Assembly: GCA_964016885.1 (NCBI GenBank)
Contig: OZ024741.1
Span: 373,984,001-374,048,000, forward strand
From: Eledone cirrhosa
Lineage: Eukaryota
Reading direction: 5' to 3'
DNA: 64,000 nt
Shown here: piece after piece, positions 1 to 11,262 of the stretch
Layout: each line of letters opens with the position of its first letter
Position numbering within the stretch: position 1 is the first letter of the stretch
Program-made: the position numbers and the translations under genes
Notes under the pieces: model-generated
What the model was told of the DNA's origin: nothing
What the model saw: the letters and a program-made list of their open reading frames with translations, nothing else
Databases searched by the model: none

Positions 1-9
1 ATAGCATTC

Positions 10-820
10 AATAATAATAATAATAATAATAATGATTTCTTTATTAACCACAAGGGTTTACATAAAGTAGACATTAAGGACAGTGCAGGACAATACAGGA
101 CGGTACAAATGGGCATTTCTGCGTGTAAAAAACAAAAACAGAGGATGTAACAAAAAATAACAATGAAAAATTCCCCAATAGGGGGGAGACCTCCGAGGGA
201 CATTCGTGGAGAAAGCCCATTAAAATAGACACGGTGACCCTGACCAGCAGGGCAATTGTCCTCTCCCAGTTTTCCACCTTCAATTTACAGGCTTATACTC
301 AGAGTAGGTCCATTCACTCGGGCCATTCTTGCCTCTCTCACCCATCTTTCAACAAAAAGCTGGGAAGAGAGCACCTCCCTCTCTAACCTGATTTTCCTTT
401 TCAAATGAAATTGGAAAAAGTTAATCAGGGTATCACCGAAGAGGTAAGTGATCGTCTTCAGCCCTTTCAAACGTGTCCACCATACTATCTCTTTCACCAT
501 GGCCACCAGACAGATAAAAACTGCCTGCCCTTCCGGGCTAAAGGAAGAGGGCGGGGCAATCCTTACGATGGACTCAGCTGATAGTCAGATCCGTTCTACA
601 CGCGACAGCAGGTGTTCGACATAAACCCACAAGTCACCAATGCTCGGGCACTGGACGAACGCATGCAAGATCGTTTCGTCGCCCTGCGCGCATCTCGGAT
701 ATGCCGGCTGACGGTACCTCCATGCCTGTAGAGTTTATCCCGGATTGGCAAAGCTCTTCGGTAGCACTGCCAGGCCAGGGATTTCGGGAAGTTGTCCATA
801 GGCCCTGGCCCGAAAGTTCT
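10..820 (-). mobile_element. 5'-truncated Tx1/L1-clade LINE, 3' end of ORF2 plus 3' UTR and (ATT)n tail
   Basis: Minus-strand ORFs MDNFPKSLAWQCYRRALPIRDKLYRHG and MAMVKEIVWWTRLKGLKT...FHLKRKIR match the C-terminus of the LINE at 14281-16369. The 3' end reads CTTGTGGTTAATAAAGAAATC(ATT)n on the minus strand. Frameshifted. Confidence 0.9.
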
Positions 821-1318
821 ATGAGATCACATCTCAATCTTGTGGAACTTTAGCATCCAAACAAACCGAAAAATAGATGCAAATAGACCTGATATAATAT
901 TGAAGGACTTTAAAAAGAGGGTATGCCTGCTAATTGATATGTCCGTTCCAATAGACAAGAATGTATCTATAAAAACATTTGAAAAATTGAGCAAGTATAA
1001 GGACCTAGAGATAGAAATTGGAAAAATGTGGAAATTGAGAACTAAAACAATACCAGTGGTTGTAGGCGCTCTAGGAATGATACCTAAGGGGTCTAATGAT
1101 TATTTATCGCAAATCCCAGGAAACCCGCGTATATGAGAAATACAAAAGATAGTACTAATGGGAACTGCCCATATACTAAGGAAGATTCTGTCAATATAAG
1201 TACATCACAAGTCTAAACACCTAAAGATGCATGTGTGTGTATGTATGTTCTTTCTTGAACATGGCGGACCTTGTTGTCTCTTGAGGTCACTGGTTGTGAC
1301 TTGGTGATAACTCGTATG

Positions 1319-1368
<50 letters not shown>
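821..1368 (+). mobile_element. 3' fragment of R4/Dong-like non-LTR retrotransposon (restriction-like endonuclease domain, 3' UTR, (TAA)n tail)
   Basis: ILWNFSIQTNRKIDANRPDII...LIDMSVP...EKLSKYKDL...IPVVVGALG is a PD-(D/E)xK RLE motif. After a premature TGA at 1134 the frame continues EIQKIVLMGTAHILRKILSI*. Ends in (TAA)n at ~1320-1368. Confidence 0.85.
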
Positions 1369-1369
<1 letters not shown>

Positions 1370-1374
1370 TAATG

Positions 1375-1807
1375 TTATTAATATTTTATTCGTTTGCAAG
1401 CAAACAGCCTCATAACGCCATGTGTTTTAGACGACTATCATCACCCTTTTGTTCTAGCGGTAGCAGAGAGAAACAATCGACAATTGTTTCAGAGTTATTG
1501 CCTCTTGTTAAGGTTGTGTGTTTTTCCCTTTTCTGCTCCACACTCGAACTCTTGAGAATATATAGTATTCTCTAACGTATACTTCAGCTGATTAGACTAA
1601 TTTGCATACTGAATACTATATATTGTCAAGAGTTCCAGTGTGTAGCAGAAAAGGAAGAGAGATACACAATCTTGACAAAGGGCAATAACCCTGAAGAATT
1701 GTCGAGTGTTTCTCTCTGCTACCACTAGAGCAACAAGGTGATGATAGTCGTCTGAAACACATAACGATGTGAGGATGTTTGCTTGCAAACGAATCGAATA
1801 TTAATAA
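1375..1807. repeat. Diverged palindromic (foldback) element, arms ~1375-1570 and ~1611-1807
   Basis: ATTCGTTTGCAAGCAAACA...GAACTCTTGAGAATATATAGTATTC is mirrored by GAATACTATATATTGTCAAGAGTTC...TGTTTGCTTGCAAACGAAT. There are many mismatches and a ~40-bp spacer. Confidence 0.9.
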
Positions 1808-1917
1808 TGTTATCATAATATTATATAAAAGTTATTATAATATTATATATTATACGATCTATTGTTCGTGAAGAAATAGAGTCAACATGGGATACAAAGA
1901 AAAATTGAAAACAAAAG

Positions 1918-1949
<32 letters not shown>

Positions 1950-1978
1950 AAATGTGTGTAATCCTTGGTAGAGTTAGG

Positions 1979-2048
1979 TATATTAAGACAGGGGGGAAGA
2001 AAAAATGGCTTCACTTGTGCTTTCAACAAATTTATTTTCTTCACAAAA
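1979..2048 (+). repeat. 70-bp perfect inverted repeat, left copy (partner 3569-3638)
   Basis: TATATTAAGACAGGGGGGAAGAAAAAATGGCTTCACTTGTGCTTTCAACAAATTTATTTTCTTCACAAAA is the exact reverse complement of 3569-3638. Confidence 0.9.
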
Positions 2049-2049
2049 T

Positions 2050-2550
2050 CCAAAAAGAATTTTTCTTAAAAAAATTTTATTTTATAAATTAAGTTGTTGG
2101 TTAGGTCTTAGGAGTTCTTGGTTAACGTAGGAGGTATTGTTTCGTTTTTAGAAAGACCTTTCACGCTGAGGTGCGCTTGTCAAACTGATGTGTATGTGGT
2201 GTGTTGTTCTATATATAGGGATGATTTACCATGTCTGTGGTGTGGTGGGGGTTTCTTTTCTCCCCCTTTAATAAGTGCATGGGTGTAGGTGTGTTGAAAA
2301 AGTGTTCATAGCAGTAATGAGTTGAGACGGTGAGTAGGGTTGGGTGGGGAGAAATGTAGCAAGTGCGGCCTGCCCCGGTCATTCTCGAAAAATTCCTTTA
2401 TTCAGGGGAAAAAGCTTTTAGCATTGCTTTTGTGTTGAGAATGGTCACAGGCAAATCGCCCCTGTCAAGTTTGTGAATAATTATTTTTTTCTTCTTTTTT
2501 TCCTGAAGAATTTTTCTACGTCCATCCCAAAGTTAGTCCTTTGTTCAACA
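2050..2550 (-). pseudogene. Possible degenerate N-terminal fragment of a Penelope-like ORF
   Basis: Minus strand encodes VLNKGLT followed after a frameshift by DVEKFFR, resembling the LxKGLxF...D.E.FFR region upstream of Penelope RT. Heavily decayed. Confidence 0.3.
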
Positions 2551-2889
2551 CACACATATATATGTGCGCATATACGTACATACACACACAGGCATATGTA
2601 GGAATATATAGGCACACACCATCAATCACACACCCATGCACAAATACATCCACATACATACACAAAAACATATAGAGACACATATAAAAACACACATATA
2701 CATACGTACACACACGAATATGTACTCATACCTCCACATGGGTATATATATATATATATACATACACATACACATACACATATACATACATACATATATG
2801 TGTGTGTTTCACCGTTCACTCAGATATTCATGTGTATACATAAGAAGAGGGGGGGGTAGTGAAATGGAATTTTACCTCCGAGTGTTAAT

Positions 2890-3568
2890 TCATTTTTTCG
2901 TGTTCAGTAGTGGTTTAAATTTTTCAATGAAGAATTCTTCTTTATATCTGCGGAAATGTTCGTTATCCGACCATATCTTGAAGAAAGGGAAGATTGTGAA
3001 TTTTCCCTTCCCGCATGATGCAAAGTGTGCGCTACATGTGGTATTTCTGACTGTGGGGTCTTTAATCTGTTGTTTATGTACCCGGACTCTATCATGTAAT
3101 CCCGTTCCGGTTTCCCCAATGTAATACTCTTTACACTGTGGACATGTTGCGCAATATATTAGGTTTTTCGTTTTGCAGTTCATGTTAGCATTGACCTTGA
3201 AATTATCATGGTTTTTGAAGGACAACTGTTTGCCCTCTTCGATGAGTTCACAGGTTCCACATCTAGGGTCCCCGCATTTCGTCACTTGCATTGATTCCAT
3301 GTTGGTCGTAAATTTTGCCTTGGTAATTAGTTTTTTAAGGTTGGGTGCTTGGCGTCTGCTATAAATTATCTGTGTGTTTTTTAAAAGTGCATTCATTTTG
3401 GTAGATTGCTGTAGAATCGGGAGATACTGCTTAGCAGTTTTCACAATGTTGATGTTCCCTGGGTTGTGAGTGATGACAAAAGAGATAGCAGGGTTTTCTT
3501 TTTTATGTTGTGGGTTTGGTTTTCTCAGTGTTGTTATTGGGATGTTCTTAGCCTTGGAGATGGCTGCG
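2890..3568 (-). mobile_element. Penelope-like element fragment: linker plus GIY-YIG endonuclease
   Basis: Open frame with KCGDPRCGTC, NCKTKNLIYCATCPQCKEYYIGETG, RVRVHKQQI and RRYKEEFFIEKFKPLLN, the GIY-YIG domain with a Cys-rich linker typical of Penelope. The RT domain is absent. Confidence 0.9.
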
Positions 3569-3735
<167 letters not shown>

Positions 3736-3896
3736 TATAGAAATGGCTTCTACTCTTCTAGGTATTGAGTACCTTACTTACTGTTGTTACCTCCGATTGA
3801 ACCCGGGGTACACACACACACATATATATATATATATGTTGATTTAAAACTGAACTATCCACAAGTGTTTTTTAACCTTCATATCATGTCTTCCTG

Positions 3897-3963
3897 TTTT
3901 ATCTGATGAAAACACAAATATTATTGCATGATGATATTTGTTTTTGAAATGCGCATAATAAAA
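3897..3963 (+). ncRNA. Minimal type I hammerhead ribozyme motif
   Basis: TTTTAT-CTGATGA-[AAACACAAATATTATTGCATGATGATATTTGTTTTT stem II]-GAAA-TGCGCA (palindromic stem III)-TA-ATAAAA. Stem I is TTTTAT/ATAAAA. Confidence 0.8.
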
Positions 3964-3993
3964 TACATGGAACTCTTTTAACCATCTTTTGTT

Positions 3994-4080
<87 letters not shown>

Positions 4081-4326
4081 TAGTTTTGCGAGGTTTTTTA
4101 TATGAAATCGTGTGTCGAAACAAATATTGTTATACTTGGGGAGGGTCATATTTGTGTAATATTGCCAGAATTAATAACAGAACACACTCACTGTTTGGTT
4201 GGTTTTCGCTTCTCGCTGTCTTTTATATCGGTAATCTAACTTACTCGGTCCTCAATGTTGCCATTGACTGACCGACGGTCAAAAATAATACAGATACAAT
4301 ATAGACACAAACACATATATATAGTT

Positions 4327-4370
4327 TATCATAAATCTTTCGTTGCACATCTGCAACATCGTCAGTGGTG
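4327..4370 (-). ncRNA. Degenerate hammerhead ribozyme motif downstream of a Penelope fragment
   Basis: Minus strand reads CACCA-CTGACGA-T-GTTGCA gatg TGCAAC-GAAA-GATT-TA-TGATA. Stem II is good; stems I and III are imperfect. Confidence 0.45.
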
Positions 4371-4644
4371 TTATCGTTTCCTCCTGTTGTATTATATGTC
4401 TACGCCATTTTTATTCAGTCTGTCTATATATTTATTTATTTATTTGCTTGTTTGTTTATTTTGTCTTCTTTGCGCATGCGTTTGCGTGTGTATAGTGTTT
4501 TGTTTGCTGTGTGATGGGTGACTAGTGTATGTTTATGTGCTTGTTGTTATTGTGTTTGTGTATGTATTTATTTATTTATTTATTTTATTTTATTTACTTA
4601 TTTATACTTCTCTTGGGTCAGTGTTGTTTGTTTGGGTGTTGTTG

Positions 4645-4863
4645 TTATTCCATTCATTCTTTCTGTTTAGTCTTGGCCTTCTAATTTCTATTTCACTGGC
4701 CTCTCTGATTTGCTTATCTGCTGGGTCATTTCTATGTTTAGATATTATTCTAATTTCTATGTTGTCTATGTTACCGTCATGTTGTTGTCTAGCATTTTCG
4801 TATAGTACTGACCCGTTTTTTCGTCCTATAGAAGCTTGAGCTCAGCCGTCGGGGTCTTACTGG

Positions 4864-4865
<2 letters not shown>
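4645..4865 (-). pseudogene. C-terminal remnant of a second Penelope-like GIY-YIG ORF
   Basis: Minus strand translates GSVLYENARQQHDGNIDNIEIRIISKHRNDPADKQIREASEIEIRRPRLNRKNEW, resembling the R.I.EA..I....P.LN end of Penelope endonucleases. Confidence 0.55.
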
Positions 4866-4935
<70 letters not shown>

Positions 4936-5342
4936 TTTAAATTTGTATGACAAGCTTAAACTTAAATGATGTATTTATTGCATGCGAAATATGCCGGGGT
5001 AAATGTAACAGAACCACCTGTTGCATACTGAATATTTTCAAAGAGAATTACTCTAAGGCGGCTTGGCAAACTTCCAACGTCAAATTTAGTATATGTAAAT
5101 GTCTAACTAGATAAACTGCAATTGTTTACCTGCAGTCATATCGCATGAATATATATGCGTGCGCCTGTGTGTGTGAGTGTGTAATTATAGTAATAATTGG
5201 TTCGTCGGTTAAATGCTGTTACGAGATTCCGTCTCCAGTAGGATTTATACTTCAGTGTCATCCAGTGTAAAGGCGACTGTAATGTGTAGAGTGTAAATAA
5301 GAGAGGGACTAAGTCAAGGTTGCACCATAAATAAACTTTATT

Positions 5343-5413
5343 GCATATGACAATCGTTTCGATATCGATCAGCTCAGGGTTCGGTCTTTGCACGGACATT
5401 TCATCAGATATGC
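5343..5413 (-). ncRNA. Minimal type I hammerhead ribozyme motif
   Basis: Minus strand reads GCATAT-CTGATGA-aatgtc...gatatc-GAAA-CGATTG-TC-ATATGC, then AATAAA. It has a perfect 6-bp stem I and a GTC cleavage triplet. Confidence 0.8.
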
Positions 5414-5431
5414 GTTCGTTGGCGCAGAACA

Positions 5432-5541
5432 GATATCTGAAGAGATGATGGTGCAGCGTCGTGCCTTGACTATTATCACCGAACCCTGAGCTGATCGTAC
5501 CCCGGTCTGATCGATCCCGAAACAGAAATAATTGCCATATC
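5432..5541 (+). ncRNA. Degenerate hammerhead motif (mirror of 5343-5413)
   Basis: GATAT-CTGAAGA-...-GAAA-C...G-CC-ATATC. The cleavage triplet is mutated to GCC and stems II and III are expanded. Confidence 0.5.
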
Positions 5542-5589
5542 CGATAAAGTTCATTTGTGATGCAAACCTTGACTTCATTCCTGCTTACT

Positions 5590-5677
<88 letters not shown>

Positions 5678-5715
5678 ATTAAATAAATGGAAAACTATAT
5701 TTATAAAACCATATT

Positions 5716-5781
5716 TATTTCATTATATATATTTCGGGGATATCATATTAACAATATGCTATGCCTTCATCAGACAAAATA
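5716..5781 (-). ncRNA. Hammerhead ribozyme motif (copy 1, left arm)
   Basis: Reverse complement of 5947-6012. Confidence 0.7.
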
Positions 5782-5946
5782 CAATATAAACAGTTTTATA
5801 GATAAATATATTCGACATACCGTAATAAACATCAGCTTCATTTGAAGAGGTTTACGCTAGCATACCGTAATAAACATCAGCTTCAAATGAAGCTGATGTT
5901 TATTACGGTATGTCGAATATATTTATCTATAAAACTGTTTATATTG

Positions 5947-6012
5947 TATTTTGTCTGATGAAGGCATAGCATATTGTTAATATGATATCCCCGAAATATA
6001 TATAATGAAATA
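5947..6012 (+). ncRNA. Hammerhead ribozyme motif (copy 1, right arm)
   Basis: TATTTTGT-CTGATGA-AGGCATAGCATATTGTTAATATGATATCCCC-GAAA-TATATA-TA-ATGAAATA. Confidence 0.7.
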
Positions 6013-6466
6013 AATATGGTTTTATAAATATAGTTTTCCATTTATTTAATATTGTAAATATACTCCAAATATTTGTCGAGTGCTTTTATATCAGTTATAA
6101 ATATTTACTAGTTGTAACCCAACAATTTTAAATATAACTTTACATGTATATATATATATATATATATATCGAAAGGTCTATTACTTATTCGCTCATATAT
6201 TCACCCAGCTTATACTGATAGAATAACTATGTAGCTTGTGTTTCTTCCTATCTTCGGTTAGCTTTCCCCTGTGTTGTGTACTTGTCTCACTCGCTTTACG
6301 CGTTTTAATTGTCCTAATAACTTATTTTAGTTATTACTGCACCAACGTGAGGTATATGATTTTTAATGCAATGAAATACCTATGACCGTTGGCAAATCAC
6401 TGATGAGGGACTCATTTTATAACATGTTATCCATGTGCAACCACGCAGTATTCTTCTCCCTATATT

Positions 6467-6830
<364 letters not shown>

Positions 6831-7002
6831 GGGGGGGCGTTGGTTAACCCAATATTTCCAATTTACATCGTCAAATTGAGATTTGACCAGTATAGCATCT
6901 GTTGTTTTGTGAACTAACTTTCGGTGAATGCTGTGTTGGTACATTCTTATATTTGTTTCCTTATATTTGTTTTTTTCTCTGACATCGCTTCGGTGTGTGT
7001 GA

Positions 7003-7300
7003 GAGTGTGTGTGTACCCACCCACACTAACTGTGACCTTGTATAATTCTACAGGTTTGATACTGTGTTGATGTGTGTATATATATGTATATATTTCTTTC
7101 TTTGACCTCGAGCCTATGTATGTGGGTGTGGAGTGTGTGTGTACCCACCCACACTAACTGTGACCTTGTATAATTCTACAGGTTTGATACTGTGTTGATG
7201 TGTGTATATATATGTATATATTTCTTTCTTTGACCTCGAGCCTGTGTATGTGGGTGTGGAGTGTGTGTGTACCCACTCACATTAACTGTATCCCTACAGA
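7003..7300. repeat. 128-bp tandem duplication (~2.3 copies)
   Basis: GTACCCAC recurs at 7013, 7141 and 7269, with near-identical intervening sequence. Confidence 0.9.
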
Positions 7301-7484
7301 TTTGATTGATGTCCAGCGTCTTTTGCAGCGATAGAAATCCGACAACTTTTATGACCTCAACTGAAGTTAATAGCAGTCGCTGTGTCTCTGACTGGTGTGT
7401 TTTCGTAGGAGGGAATGAATTCTGTGAGAGAACATCGTTATTTTTTTTTTCTCCCTCATATCAAGAATTTGAGATAATTCATTT

Positions 7485-7558
7485 TCACCTGATGAGATCA
7501 GTAATAATCGATCATGGCTTCCCAATCGATCTATCTCTTATTGAAACATGTGTTGTGA
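7485..7558 (+). ncRNA. Hammerhead ribozyme motif (partly degenerate)
   Basis: TCAC-CTGATGA-GAT...ATT-GAAA-CATGTG-TT-GTGA. Stem I is TCAC/GTGA, stem II is weak, and the triplet is GTT. Confidence 0.55.
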
Positions 7559-7595
7559 TTAAATAATTGAAATTTTACCTTGCCTTCGGATTTTC

Positions 7596-7704
<109 letters not shown>

Positions 7705-7730
7705 TGTATATATATGTATATATATATATG

Positions 7731-7823
<93 letters not shown>

Positions 7824-8547
7824 GACACGCAGTGACTAACAACAGAATGTTTATGTCTGCGTGTCTGACATATATGCGTAGCTTGTGAATAAAAAATTCA
7901 AGTTGTGTCGCTGGCTGTGGAGATCGCTGCCAAACATATTTTGTAATGTATCGTCTTATTGGCTAATTTCATCGTCTTATTGGCTAATCAACCAAAGAGA
8001 GTAATTGTTGCTCAAAAGCATCCGCCATTTTGTTTGCACGTTTATTTATCGTTTCGCTTTCGAATCTTCCTCCTGTATTTCGACGTTTACCATCAAAATA
8101 TTTTTCTCGTTTTGGTAAGTTATATTGTTAATTTATATATGAATTTTTAAATTTATATTAACTATTTCTTTTTTCGGTTCGTTATAACATGCTTATAATA
8201 TTGGTTGTATCATATTTACTTGTATATTTGTCCATATTATTGTTCGTTTTATGTTAGCTTATTTTATTATTATTATGTTAGATTATTTGTATGTAATATT
8301 TAATTTTTATTAATTCAACTATAAAAATTATTATGTAAAATATATTTATTTAATATTGATTGTATTTTGTAGTTGTTTATATTAAAAGTCTGAAAATATT
8401 TGTATACATCTTACAATAATATTTATAAGATCATTTATAAAATAACAATTAAATAATCTAATTACATTACAACGATAATTTATTATTAATATATATCATG
8501 TTTAACTAGAGTTAGTACAAGCGTTGCCTTAAAAAAATATTAAACTT

Positions 8548-8975
8548 GACCTGAAAAATGCGCAAGCTCAAAAGAGCCACAGAATGTTATAATAAACCTT
8601 CAAAAGTATGGGACTAGAGTTGTTGCTCAAAAATATTGTAATCATTATCTATCGTACACTCTGTGGCATCCTTTTATAAAAAAGAGACTCATAACGAACT
8701 CAAGACGACACGATAATTATTTAAGTGAATTTATAATATAGAATTCGGTTTAAGTACATTTCGTATTAAACATCTAATATGAGATATTGAACATTAGCTT
8801 AAATAATTATCGTGTCGTCTTGAGTTCGTTATGAGTCTCTTTTTTATAAAAGGATGCCACAGAGTGTACCATAGATAATGATTTCAATATTTTTAAGCAA
8901 CAACTCTAGTCCCACACTTTTGAAGGTTTATTATAACATTCTGTGGCTCTTTTGAGCTTGCGCATTTTTCAGGTC
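8548..8975. repeat. Palindromic (foldback) element, arms 8548-8725 and 8798-8975
   Basis: GACCTGAAAAATGCGCAAGCTCAAAAGAGCCACAGAATG... is mirrored by ...CATTCTGTGGCTCTTTTGAGCTTGCGCATTTTTCAGGTC. There are few mismatches and a 72-bp spacer. The right end abuts (TA)n(TG)n. Confidence 0.9.
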
Positions 8976-8978
8976 TAG

Positions 8979-9066
<88 letters not shown>

Positions 9067-9173
9067 GGCATATAAGTCTCGCAATGAATATTTAAGCTGT
9101 GATCATGTCACATTTATATTTACTTGTGTGTGTATACACACACACATATATATATATATACATACACACATAA

Positions 9174-9263
<90 letters not shown>

Positions 9264-9334
9264 CGACTACTGAGATAAATGTGACTTCATTCTTGCTTAC
9301 TTGTGTGTGTATACACACTCACACACACACACAT

Positions 9335-9382
<48 letters not shown>

Positions 9383-9512
9383 GCAAAAGTTCTATTTAAA
9401 TTGTTGGGATACAACAAGCAAATATTATTATAACTGATATAAAGCACTCGACAAATATTTGGAGTAGATATACAATATTAATAAATGGAAACTATATTTA
9501 TAAAACCATATT

Positions 9513-9577
9513 TATTTCATTATATATATTTCGAGGATACCAAGTTAAATCATGGTATACCTTCATCAGACAAAATA
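9513..9577 (-). ncRNA. Hammerhead ribozyme motif (copy 2, left arm)
   Basis: Minus strand reads TATTTTGT-CTGATGA-AGGTATACCATGATTTAACTTGGTATCCTC-GAAA-TATATA-TA-ATGAAATA. Confidence 0.7.
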
Positions 9578-9666
9578 CAATATATAACAGTTTTACAAAT
9601 AGATATTGACGTACCCTTTTTTTGAAAGGGTACGTCAATATCTATTTGTAAAACTGTTATATATTG

Positions 9667-9850
9667 TATTTTGTCTGATGAAGGTATACCATGATTTAAC
9701 TTGGTATCCTCGAAATATATATAATTGTTTCTACTTTAGGCACAAGGCCAGCAATTACCCAGTGCATTACTGGTACTTTATTTCATCGACCCCGTAAGGA
9801 TGAAAGGCAAAGTCAACCTCGGCGGGATTCGAACTATATATAATGAAATA
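9667..9850 (+). ncRNA. Hammerhead motif (copy 2, right arm) split by a SINE insertion
   Basis: CTGATGA at 9675 and GAAA at 9712. The 3' strand of stem I (ATGAAATA) is displaced to ~9843-9850 by the insertion. Confidence 0.65.
9726..9834 (-). mobile_element. 5'-truncated tRNA-derived SINE with 10-bp TSD
   Basis: Minus strand reads GTTCGAATCCCGCCGAGGTTGACTTTGCCTTTCATCCTTACGGGGTCGAT...TGTGCCTAAAGTAGAAACA. The TSD TATATATAAT is at 9716-9725 and 9835-9844. Confidence 0.9.
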
Positions 9851-9890
9851 AATATGGTTTTATAAATATAGTTTCCATTTATTAATATTG

Positions 9891-10009
<119 letters not shown>

Positions 10010-10117
10010 ATGTGTGTATGTATATATATATATATATGTGTGTGTATACACACACAAGTAAGCAAGAATGAAGTCAAGGTTTAGCAGGAATGAAGTCACA
10101 TTTATCTCAGTAGTCGT

Positions 10118-10174
<57 letters not shown>

Positions 10175-10214
10175 GATATTAAACAAATGGAAACTATATT
10201 TATAAAACCATATT

Positions 10215-10280
10215 TATTTCATTATACATATTTCAGGGATACCATATTAAAAATATGGCATGCCTTCGTCAGATAAAATA
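10215..10280 (-). ncRNA. Hammerhead ribozyme motif (copy 3, left arm)
   Basis: Reverse complement of 10761-10826. Confidence 0.75.
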
Positions 10281-10760
10281 CAATATATAACCAGTTTTAT
10301 AAATAATTTTGACGTACCATAAATATAGCGACCATTAATATTTCTCTCTTACTTCTCTCTTGATTTTCACCTCGCCTCTATATAATTATTATTATTTTTT
10401 CTCCCTCTTTCTTTTCCTCCCACCTCTCTCTCTCTCTCTCTGTTTTCTCTTCATCTCCATTTTTTTTCTTTCTCTCCGTCTCTTCTTTAAATCTCTCAAT
10501 TTGTATGATGAATTATTATTATTCATCTGTTGCCTTCGGTTGCCTCTCTTTTTTACCTCCTCCCTCTTTCTCACTCCCCTATTTCTCTCTATTTCTCTCT
10601 GTTTTTCTTTACATACATTTCTTCTTTTATTCCGTCTTTCTTTGTAACTGTGCTTAACACTAAATATTTATAAACACTTCACTACCAAGCCAGCTTCCTA
10701 CCTTAATGGTCGCTATATTTATGGTACGTCAAAATTATTTATAAAACTGGTTATATATTG

Positions 10761-10826
10761 TATTTTATCTGACGAAGGCATGCCATATTTTTAATATGGT
10801 ATCCCTGAAATATGTATAATGAAATA
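10761..10826 (+). ncRNA. Hammerhead ribozyme motif (copy 3, right arm)
   Basis: TATTTTAT-CTGACGA-AGGCATGCCATATTTTTAATATGGTATCCCT-GAAA-TATGTA-TA-ATGAAATA. The core variation falls at the free N7 position. Confidence 0.75.
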
Positions 10827-10954
10827 AATATGGTTTTATAAATATAGTTTCCATTTGTTTAATATCGTATATCTACTCCAAAAACTTGTCGAGTGCTTTA
10901 TATCAGTTATAAAATATTTACTTGTTGTAACCCAACAATTTTAAATAAAACTTT

Positions 10955-10999
<45 letters not shown>

Positions 11000-11078
11000 C
11001 GGCTACTAAGATAAATGTGACATGATCACAGCTTAAATATTAATAGCGAGACTTATATGCCTTCATATACACGTCTAT

Positions 11079-11262
<184 letters not shown>

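Larger units (their letters stand above)
5311..5575. mobile_element. Diverged palindromic element carrying a divergent hammerhead pair
   Basis: AAGTCAAGGTTGCACCATAAATAAACTTTATTGCATATGACAAT mirrors ATTGCCATATCCGATAAAGTTCATTTGTGATGCAAACCTTGACTT. There is also a perfect 20-bp IR at 5366-5385/5478-5497. Confidence 0.75.
5673..6147 (+). mobile_element. Palindromic hammerhead-bearing mini-element, copy 1 (arms 5673-5847 and 5881-6055, right arm extended to ~6147)
   Basis: 175-bp arms that appear to be identical reverse complements, flanked on both sides by (TA)n. Homologous to 9382-9892 and 10172-10958. Confidence 0.85.
10172..10958 (+). mobile_element. Palindromic hammerhead-bearing mini-element, copy 3 (arms 10172-10338 and 10703-10869; 364-bp CT-rich spacer)
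   Basis: 167-bp arms that appear identical. The right extension 10870-10958 matches 6056-6147 and the reverse complement of 9382-9470. (TA)n on both sides. Confidence 0.85.

Noticed and set aside
1690-1775. CTGAAGA...GAAAC in the 1375-1807 palindrome
   Set aside because: The motif is not conserved in the mirror arm and there is no TH cleavage site or stem I.
2796-2830. Minus-strand CTGAGTGA...GAAAC near the Penelope 3' end
   Set aside because: The core spacing is wrong, there is no stem II, and it merges into a microsatellite.
6396-6452. CTGATGAGGGAC... possible hammerhead
   Set aside because: GAAA is replaced by GCAA and the stems do not pair convincingly. At most a relic.
7823-7895. AGACACGCAG/CTGCGTGTCT hairpin followed by GACA...AATAAA
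   Set aside because: It may be the 3' half of a hammerhead, but it lacks CTGANGA and an intact GAAA.
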